Source of the DNA: Naegleria gruberi
Lineage: Eukaryota
NCBI GenBank assembly: GCA_000004985.1
Contig: GG738875.1
Length of the DNA stretch: 64,000 nucleotides
Reading direction: 5' to 3' (one strand)
The notes beneath the pieces were generated by a model that worked only from the letters and a program-made list of their open reading frames with translations, did not search any database and was not told the DNA's origin. Every line of letters starts with the position of its first letter. Within the stretch, counting starts at the first letter, position 1. This document shows positions 44,801-52,318 of this stretch, piece after piece. The position numbers were made by a program, and so were the translations under genes.

Positions 44801-46392
44801 ACTGTATACTTATTTTCCAATTCAGTTTGAAGAGATTCTCTTTTCAGAATTGATTTAAACTTTTTAAGAACTTCTAAAGCTTGTTCACTGCTTGAAATAT
44901 TTTCAAACCATGTATTGATGAAAACCTGTAAGTATTGTTCAAGGTGAACAACTTTCTTGTTAAAAGCCATATATTCCTTATCGAAAGCATTTCTTTGATA
45001 ATCAAGAAGATTGGATGATTTTCTCTTAATTTCATCAACATATCCGAAAAATTGAGAAATAAGTTCATCCATACCTTCAATGTTATTACTCTTTAGTGAA
45101 TGGAATTGATCAATTGTCAAAAACAATTCAATAAGGGTTTCTATTCTTCTACAGAATAATCTCAATTTACCAAAGATTTTCAATTCATCAAAATCAAATT
45201 CTCTTCCCTTAGTTTGTTGAAGCTTAGACTTTTCAGCAAAATAACATCTTTCATATTCTTCTTTCAAGTCAATACAAGTCTTCAAACCTGATAATAATTC
45301 AGTAGTGTCTTGATCCCAAAGACGTCCTCTGTTCTCAATGTTATATTTACAGTTTTGAATGATTTGAAGACTGATCATAACCAATAATTTCTCCATCTTT
45401 TCCTTTGAACTATAATATTTAGCTATATTATACATCATACTAATATTCTTAATTAAACTTGGTAAGATTTCAATAATATGGGATGGAAGGGAGGAATACA
45501 AAGGCTCAATATATTTTTCTAATGATGTTAAATATTTAACATTGTCCTTTGCTTCGTTAATGGCATCTGTTAATGCAATATCACAATCGGCCCATTCTTG
45601 TGGCATTGAATACAGTTTCAAAGCGGAAAGAATTGCCTTATATTCTTCTCTCTTTAATTGTTCCATTACACTGTTCAATTTTAAGTATCTATTCTTCCAG
45701 TGTTCAATTTCTGCTGTTGGACCTAGTTCGTTATCTGTTAACTTATTGTCTTCAATCACTCTTTGAATCTCTTGAACCCATATCTTTACCAAATTATCGT
45801 AATAGTTCATCAGATTAATGTTTTCTTTAGCCTCCATAATTGCTGTTGGATTGTTTGGGATAAGTCTTTCTTGTGGAGGTCTTGTGAGTGTAATTGTTGG
45901 TGATTTTGATGTAAGAGCTTCTCCTAGTTTATCCGACATTCTCTTTGTTGTTTGTAAGAACTCTTTTGCTTGTTCTGAAGATGATTTACCCCAATCCATT
46001 TCCTCTGCACTGAACAGTGGAATGTAAACTTGGCCAAAGACTGTGTGTAAATTGTCTATCACATTTCCTTCAATAACACCACAAACAAGTGAATCAACAA
46101 TTTGAGCTTCTTTTGCAGGTACTGCTGCATTATTTCTTCTAAGAATATACAATACTTTTGGTGCCTTGTAAGGAAGATCGCTTGTTGTAGTTTTTAAAGA
46201 GAGGATGAATTCCCTGTTTTTTTCCACTACCGAAATCAAAAGAACATGGCATTGTTCATCTCCGTTCATAAAAGTATCGATACTCTTTTCATTTTCCTCT
46301 AGAAATTGTTGTATTTGAAGGGCCTTAACCTGAGGGAAGGACTCTTCAACTCTATCAGAAACGTATTTAGCTCGAGTATCCCTTATGACCAT
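32890..46392 (-). CDS. Axonemal outer-arm dynein heavy chain (about 4500 aa), intronless
   Basis: Single 13.5-kb ORF. AAA1 P-loop region [58 protein letters not shown] is of the outer-arm type (NCSDQMD…[17 protein letters not shown]). Further AAA2-AAA4 P-loops (GAASSGKS…, GGSGTAKT…, GVGGSGKQS). Coiled-coil stalk and C-terminal domain. The ORF-track start 46476 is TTG; first ATG is at complement(46390..46392), preceded by an A-rich leader. Confidence 0.95.
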   Translation of the reverse strand: [4500 protein letters not shown]

Positions 46393-46454
46393 TGTTTTAT
46401 TTTTTTTTAAATTGTAGTTTTTTCTTGTAGGTAATACAACGAAGAATTGGCTGT

Positions 46455-46465
46455 TTTGGCGCGCA
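46455..46465. promoter_or_regulatory. E2F-like TTTTGGCGCGC motif 63 bp upstream of the outer-arm dynein heavy chain ATG
   Basis: Sequence ctgTTTTGGCGCGCaatt matches the E2F consensus TTTSSCGC. Similar copies lie upstream of the second dynein gene (62348..62356) and the importin-alpha-like gene (19938..19948). Motif match only, no functional evidence. Confidence 0.25.
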
Positions 46466-46811
46466 ATTCTGCTCAAATTTCTGCTGTAGCTTTCTCACCT
46501 GAGACAACCCTTTTGAACTTTATGAGTCAAACAATAACGTGGTTTGATGTGGGTGTATTTCGAATTGTCAGCTTCATCATTTTCTATTTGATTTCAAAGA
46601 TTAAGGGTGACATCCTTGAAATAAATTATTTCATCATCCAAATATGTCAAAAAGATCCAAGTGTAAATGTTCGTTACCGAATGCATTGATCCGAAATCGT
46701 TACGTATTAAAACAAACTGGAAATCAATAATAGAACTGGACTAACCGTTTCTCAATAAAAACTCAACAAAAAAAAATCGTAAATTATTATCTGTAGCATC
46801 ATTAATGAAAA

Positions 46812-48473
46812 ATGAGCATAACGAGTGATGTGATTGATGCTGAATCTCTCTTATCGGATGAAGTCTTCGAGAATGAAACAATGAAAAGGGAAATAGAAGA
46901 GGGCAGATTAATTCCTGACCCTCTTAATGCTTCTCTAATTTCTGACAATCTTATGGACCTTAATAATACTAACAGCACAATTAGAAGACAACACCGTTCA
47001 TCATCAAGACAAAAATCCTTCAATTCTTCAATTAACCGATCAAGTATATCAAGAGCAGCAACACCTTCTATACACTCATTTCCGAGTAGATTTTCTGTTG
47101 AGAGTCCTGTTATTTCGTTTTCAAAAGGAGAACGTAAATACACCTATCTAAATCAAAGAGTTGACACTCCTGGTCCAATATATGAATCCATTCCAAAATC
47201 TGTGTCATCAAGCTTCTCCTTCCCAAAAGGAAAGAGATTTGTTGAAGAAGAATTAAAAATACTCCAACAAGCTCAAAAACCTCCTCCAACTGCCTATAAT
47301 CCAAAAGATCACATCAAGTACAGAACTGATCCATCTTTCAGTTTTGGTTCGAGAACTCCGACCCAAGAATACAGATCAGATTCACCAGGACCAATTTACA
47401 ATCCAACTGATGTTCCTTCAAAGAGATTTTCAAAATCTTCAACAACATTTGGTGCTGGAGAAAGATCTCTTAAAATGAGTGATGGGCGAAGTGGGTCTCC
47501 TCCACCAGGAGCTTATAATCCTTCCTTAATGGATTCTAAAAGGAATATTTCTTTTTCAATTTCAAAGAAAGAAGGTAGGTTTTAAATGAGGTTTAAAACA
47601 AAACATTTTTTAGAAAATTATATTTACTTTGGAGATAAATTAAGTGCAAATAAGGAGGTGAGTATTAATTGGAATTTATTTATTAAAGAAAATGAATAGT
47701 CAATGAGAGTACCTGGACCAGTTTATGATCCATCCTATCGATTGTCAATTACATCATCACCTTCATTCTCTTTTGGAAGAAGAACACCACTGCCCAGTGA
47801 TCAAGTACTTCTTGAACATCCTGGGTTAACAGATTACAACAAACAATTCGTTTCTCATTCTTTTTCCCTTCAGGGCAAAGATAGAGAAGTTGACCCAAAT
47901 ATTACATATAATGCTCCAAGAGCAAGATTTTTGGGAGATCAATTTTTGAACGAGAACCTGGGAAGAGCATCTCCAGGACCAAAGTATAATATAACTCAAA
48001 GTTTTGTCATTCCATCCAAGAGACATGTTGAGGAAGATCACATCCTGACATTCAAAGCTAAAGAAAAGAAAAAGAAGGACAAACCGATTCCTACACAAGT
48101 TTATCCTGGTTATAGTATTTCCAAGGCTTCTGCTCAAATTACTGAAAGTCCTGGGTGTGTTTACACTCCAAAAACAGATTTCTCGTCACGAGTCCCAAGA
48201 GTATGCAGCCCTGTAATGAAAGTAGCAAAACCAGTGGATAACAGAAAAGCTCCTGAAATTTATCCTCAATTAAGAAATCCAAATCTTACAGCACTTTCAA
48301 ATGTCCCAACTTCAACAGTACCAAAGTTCATAAGAACTGGAAATACTGTTGGTGTTAGAACTCCTCCTCTGATTTCCCATTCTCCTGGTCCAGTTTATAA
48401 AGTTGACTGGGAATCATTGGAAAAGAATGCAAAGAAAGGTTTACCTGGAGGTAAGTTTGGAGGCCTTTCGTAA
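46812..48473 (+). CDS. ODF3/SHIPPO-like sperm-tail PG-rich repeat (STPGR) protein; proposed join(46812..47574,47614..47657,47700..48473) with 44-nt micro-exon
   Basis: More than ten degenerate SHIPPO/STPGR repeats of the form [ST]PGP.Y.P (TPGPIYES, SPGPIYNP, SPPPGAYNP, VPGPVYDP, SPGPKYNI, SPGCVYTP, SPGPVYKV). The two halves are in the same frame, separated by 117 nt. The ORF-track segments are joined in frame only through a 44-nt exon (47614..47657), flanked by GTAGGT…TTTTAG and GTGAGT…GAATAG introns. A possible further GTAAGT donor at 48451 is unresolved. Confidence 0.6.
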
Positions 48474-48623
48474 TAAATTTCTTTTTGATTCTCACTATTA
48501 TTTTTCTAAAAACATTCCTCTTCGACGAATTAGAATATCAACAACCTAATCTAGAAGGTTATTGGAAATCATATTTAAGGTTGTTCGAAGTGCTTAATAA
48601 TTTATTGTTACAATTGATACGAA

Positions 48624-49858
48624 TTACCAGATCACACCCTTTCCAAAAATTACAATAAGGCCAACAACAAGAACAGTGAGCAATATTAAACCAAGAATGA
48701 TCCACATCATTTTTGATCCTGTTTTACGGAGCTTGTTACTCTCTGTTGATCATTCCAATAAAAAATTAAACTTGAACGCAAAAATAAACTTACCTTTGAG
48801 ACTTTCCACACCTCTTTCCACATTGTCCTTTGATGTAATGACATTGGTGTGAATAGTGTCCAACATTGGATCTTGTTCATCTACAAGACTAGAAAAAGAA
48901 TGGAACAAGTGATTCAATTCATGATATTCACTTTGATAAGTTTTCAAATCTTCATACTCTTCCAATGCAATTTTCATTTCTACATTCAAAGTGCTATCTT
49001 GCCAAGAAACAAGAGCATTTTCTTGTAATTCTTGATCAACAGTAGTTTGCTTTTGTTGAGTAGTGTGCAATAATGGTTGATCTTCAGATTGAATTTCTTC
49101 TTCCTCATCAAAGTGATCCATTGGTGTTTGGTGATGGGCAGCAAATTGTTCTTGTTTTTGTTTAGTTTGTTGAGCAATCCATTCCTTATCACGTCTAATA
49201 ACATCCTTAAGAACAGTGATAGTTTTAGTAAGATCATTCTTTACACGATTATATTTAACCATGGTTTCATGTTGAGTATTCATTGAGGATGAATTAGTTT
49301 CAGTGGAAGAACTCAATCCAGATTCCATTAATAATCTGCTTTCATTACCAATCTTTGACCCAATTCTATTGGAAATCTTTTTCAAATCATTAACTTCTGA
49401 TGTGCACCATTGACGAATTGATCTATTAAATTATTTCAATCATTAATATTCATCATTATTTCAATTAGAATATTGAAAAATTCCATATTTCCTTACCTAA
49501 TCTTTTTAGTAATATCATTTCCACCAACACGAAGAGAAACATCACCATGATTAAAAGATGAGTCCGATCCTGAATTATTGTATGAAGAAATGGCCACTTG
49601 TTGTGCTCTCTGATTCGACAATTGTTTGTATTGTTCCACTTGTTTAGACAAGTTAGTAACTCTCAGAACAAACTCCTCAACCGAGTCATTATTTGAACGT
49701 TGGAAGGAGTTGAAGTTTTCATTTTCCTTGCTATTGTTTGTTCCAAGGTTATTGCTGCCTGTTGTGGTGGCGTTTCTTTTTTGTTGATTCAAAGTTTTGG
49801 CGCGTTGATTTGTACTTGCTCCAACACTAGGAACATTTCCCCACGATAAAGAAGACAT
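48624..49858 (-). CDS. Syntaxin-type Q-SNARE with C-terminal TM anchor; complement(join(48624..48742,48794..49422,49497..49858))
   Basis: SNARE motif …YHELNHLFHSFSSLVDEQDPMLDTIHTNVITSKDNVERGVESLK with central Q. 74-nt GTAAGG…TAATAG intron and 51-nt GTAAGT…CAACAG intron. The last 119-nt exon encodes …KMMWIILGLILLTVLVVGLIVIFGKGVIW (TM anchor), stop TAA at 48624..48626. ORF-track pieces 48750..49385 and 49493..49858 are exons 2 and 1. Confidence 0.8.
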
Positions 49859-50577
49859 GTTGTAGTTGTGGTTGTTCTTTTCCTATGCACGGATAATGAT
49901 GATCAAACAATTTCAAAAAGGTGAGATGATGAAGAAACTGTGTCAGTGATCCAAACCGCCAATTTTTTTTTATGAAATGTTGGTGCTGTCAAACGTCATG
50001 TCTGGTGACTGGCCTTAAAAAACAAGAATGCAAATAAGAGAAGTGGGCAAATGAAGAAATGATTTGAATGAGGAAAACTAAAGGAAAACCCTTTTATAAA
50101 ATGATATCATTGATGATAATATTTCGATTAACCCTCTTTCTTAATTAATAAACTTTCCATCCAGAATTTTCAATAATAGAACTAATAAGTTCCACAGCCT
50201 AATGGCAGAAAAGTTACTTCACAATTCCTATAAAGATTACAACAAAATCGGATCGTTGTTCACATATTTAAAACTCAAAATATCTTATCTAATTAACTGT
50301 GATTGAGTGAAATCAATTCGTATTAATTAAATAAAAATAAATAATTAAAAATGTAAAATATTTAATTAAAATTGTTATTGTTGCTAAATTAAAGTTATTA
50401 TTAATAATACGAAAGTTGTCATCAAGCTCATTAAATTTTAGAATTTAAATTGTGACTTTTTATTTCCCTTTGATAAGGCACTAATAATTAGAGTGTATCC
50501 CTTAGAGAGGTACTATTGAAAACTAAAAGGACATGGTTCAGAGTTGTTTGAAATAAATCTCTCAACTAACTATAAAT

Positions 50578-52059
50578 TTACAAACGAATGCTAGAAGTGA
50601 ACAAACGAGCCCATGAGTAATCAATGAATTCCTTAGTGTAACCAACACCAACAAGAACTGGTTCCTTATCATAGATGTATGTATTGGCAACACGCTTAAC
50701 ATCATCAACAGTGATGGAATCAATTCTAGCGAACATTTCGGCAGCAGATGGTCTTCTGTTGAACAAGAGGGTTTGTCTACCCACTTCTTCCAAAACATTC
50801 TTCAAATTTCCATCATATTGAGATAAAACAGAGAGTTTGAGCAAATTCTTAGCACGTTCCAATTCAGCATTAGTAACCTTATAACAGAGACGAGTCATTT
50901 GTCTAATAATTTCAACCATCAAATAATCAGTATCTTCACCACCATCACTGACGAATTTAACACCGAACAATGATGTATCAGAGTATCCGTGGAGGAATGG
51001 AAGAACTTGTTGAGCCCATCCTTGTTCTCCGATGTATTGAGCCATATTGGAAGCAGCATATTTACCTGGAGTACCTTGAGAAACATCGAAAGCACCCAAG
51101 AGGAATTGAATCAAGTTAATAACAACCATGTCACCAGAGGAGAGACCTGGACCTTGGAAAGCAATAGCACCATGCAAACCGTTAACATCTTCAGTGTCAA
51201 CTCTAACATCTGAACCAATATATTCTGGAGTAGTTTGGTATTCAGCGAGTGGACGTGGAGTCTTAGTAGCACTTTGTAAATGACCAAAGTTTTGTTCGGC
51301 AAGTTTAACAAGAGCTTCATGATCAACATTACCAGTACCAACCAAAACCATTCTTTCAGCTGTATAGAAATCCTTTTGATATTGAATCATTTGTTGACGA
51401 GAAAGTTTCTTAATGTTTTCAACAGGACCAAGAATGCTCAATCCAAGTCCTGAATCAGGGAAAGCGGTTCTATGTAATTCATCATAAACACATTCTTCAA
51501 CACTTTGGCTGACATCCTCAGATTCAAGCAAAATAACACCTCTTTCTTCATTAATATCCTTTTCATCCAATCTGCTATCAAGCAAAATTTCGGACAATGA
51601 ATTTACACTTCTATCAACGTTATTCTTCAAACATTGTATAGTAAAAGCAGTATATTCACGAGATGTATGAGCGTTCAAGAGAGAACCTGTTCTTTCATGT
51701 TCAGCTTCAATAGCAACTTTAGATCTCTTGTTGGTACCCTTGAAGTACATATGTTCCAAAAAGTGAGCAACACCATTGTTGAAAACATTTTCTTGTCTAG
51801 AACCAGCACCGATGAAAACACCAACAGCAGAGGTTTCACCAACTTTTGGTTCAGTTACAACTCTGAAACCATTGTTAAGAACAGTAACACGTGAAGCTGG
51901 AGCCTTTGTCAATTCATATGGTAAATTATATGATGGTTGAACTGAAGATTGGTCCAAAGCAGCAGACTCACGATTAGCTGATGTTGTAGCGAATCCACGA
52001 TGATTGAGGATATTCTTCAAAATTTTTGAGTTGTTCTTCTTTGCGAGCTTTGAGAGCAT
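50578..52059 (-). CDS. Mitochondrial processing peptidase beta subunit (M16 family, inverzincin motif intact)
   Basis: N-terminal presequence-like region (MLSKLAKKNNSKILKNILNHRGFATTS). Zinc-binding HxxEH motif GVAHFLEHMYFKGT with downstream Glu (…EHERTGSLLNAHTSREYT…). Full two-domain M16 architecture. Single exon. Confidence 0.9.
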   Translation of the reverse strand: MLSKLAKKNNSKILKNILNHRGFATTSANRESAALDQSSVQPSYNLPYELTKAPASRVTVLNNGFRVVTEPKVGETSAVGVFIGAGSRQENVFNNGVAHFLEHMYFKGTNKRSKVAIEAEHERTGSLLNAHTSREYTAFTIQCLKNNVDRSVNSLSEILLDSRLDEKDINEERGVILLESEDVSQSVEECVYDELHRTAFPDSGLGLSILGPVENIKKLSRQQMIQYQKDFYTAERMVLVGTGNVDHEALVKLAEQNFGHLQSATKTPRPLAEYQTTPEYIGSDVRVDTEDVNGLHGAIAFQGPGLSSGDMVVINLIQFLLGAFDVSQGTPGKYAASNMAQYIGEQGWAQQVLPFLHGYSDTSLFGVKFVSDGGEDTDYLMVEIIRQMTRLCYKVTNAELERAKNLLKLSVLSQYDGNLKNVLEEVGRQTLLFNRRPSAAEMFARIDSITVDDVKRVANTYIYDKEPVLVGVGYTKEFIDYSWARLFTSSIRL

Positions 52060-52318
52060 TTTTTTTGCGAGTTTGACGCCTATATTATTTACAATGGCTA
52101 AATAGTTGACTCACAGACGCATTAGGTTAAAACTCCTGTTGGAAAGAAAGAAATAACATGAGAAGAAATATTAAATTCTACTTTTTTATATATTTGATTG
52201 GTTTTTAAAGATTAAGTATTATATAATAAAGAATATTAAATCTCCGTAATATGTTTTTCATCTAGAAAACATTTACTTCTTCTTCTTCTTTTTCTTAGCT
52301 TCTTCTTCGCTGCTTGAA

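Noticed and set aside
32890-46476. About 60 small ORFs (60-118 aa) on the plus strand and in other minus frames inside the dynein heavy chain gene, for example 34625..34921, 36394..36648, 38824..39156, 42647..42937
   Set aside because: All lie antisense or out-of-frame within a 13.5-kb strongly conserved coding sequence. They have low-complexity S/F/L-rich translations typical of antisense AT-rich coding DNA. No independent signals.
46393-46476. ORF-track N-terminal extension of the dynein (MSRIARQNSQFFVVLPTRKNYNLKKNKT…)
   Set aside because: The listed start codon is TTG. The first real ATG is at complement(46390..46392), preceded by an A-rich leader, so the extension is probably 5' UTR.
48451-48540. 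GTAAGT at 48451 near the ODF3-like 3' end as donor to a further downstream exon
   Set aside because: No in-frame acceptor with an open downstream exon could be found. Read-through to the TAA at 48471..48473 adds only GKFGGLS. Left unresolved rather than annotated.
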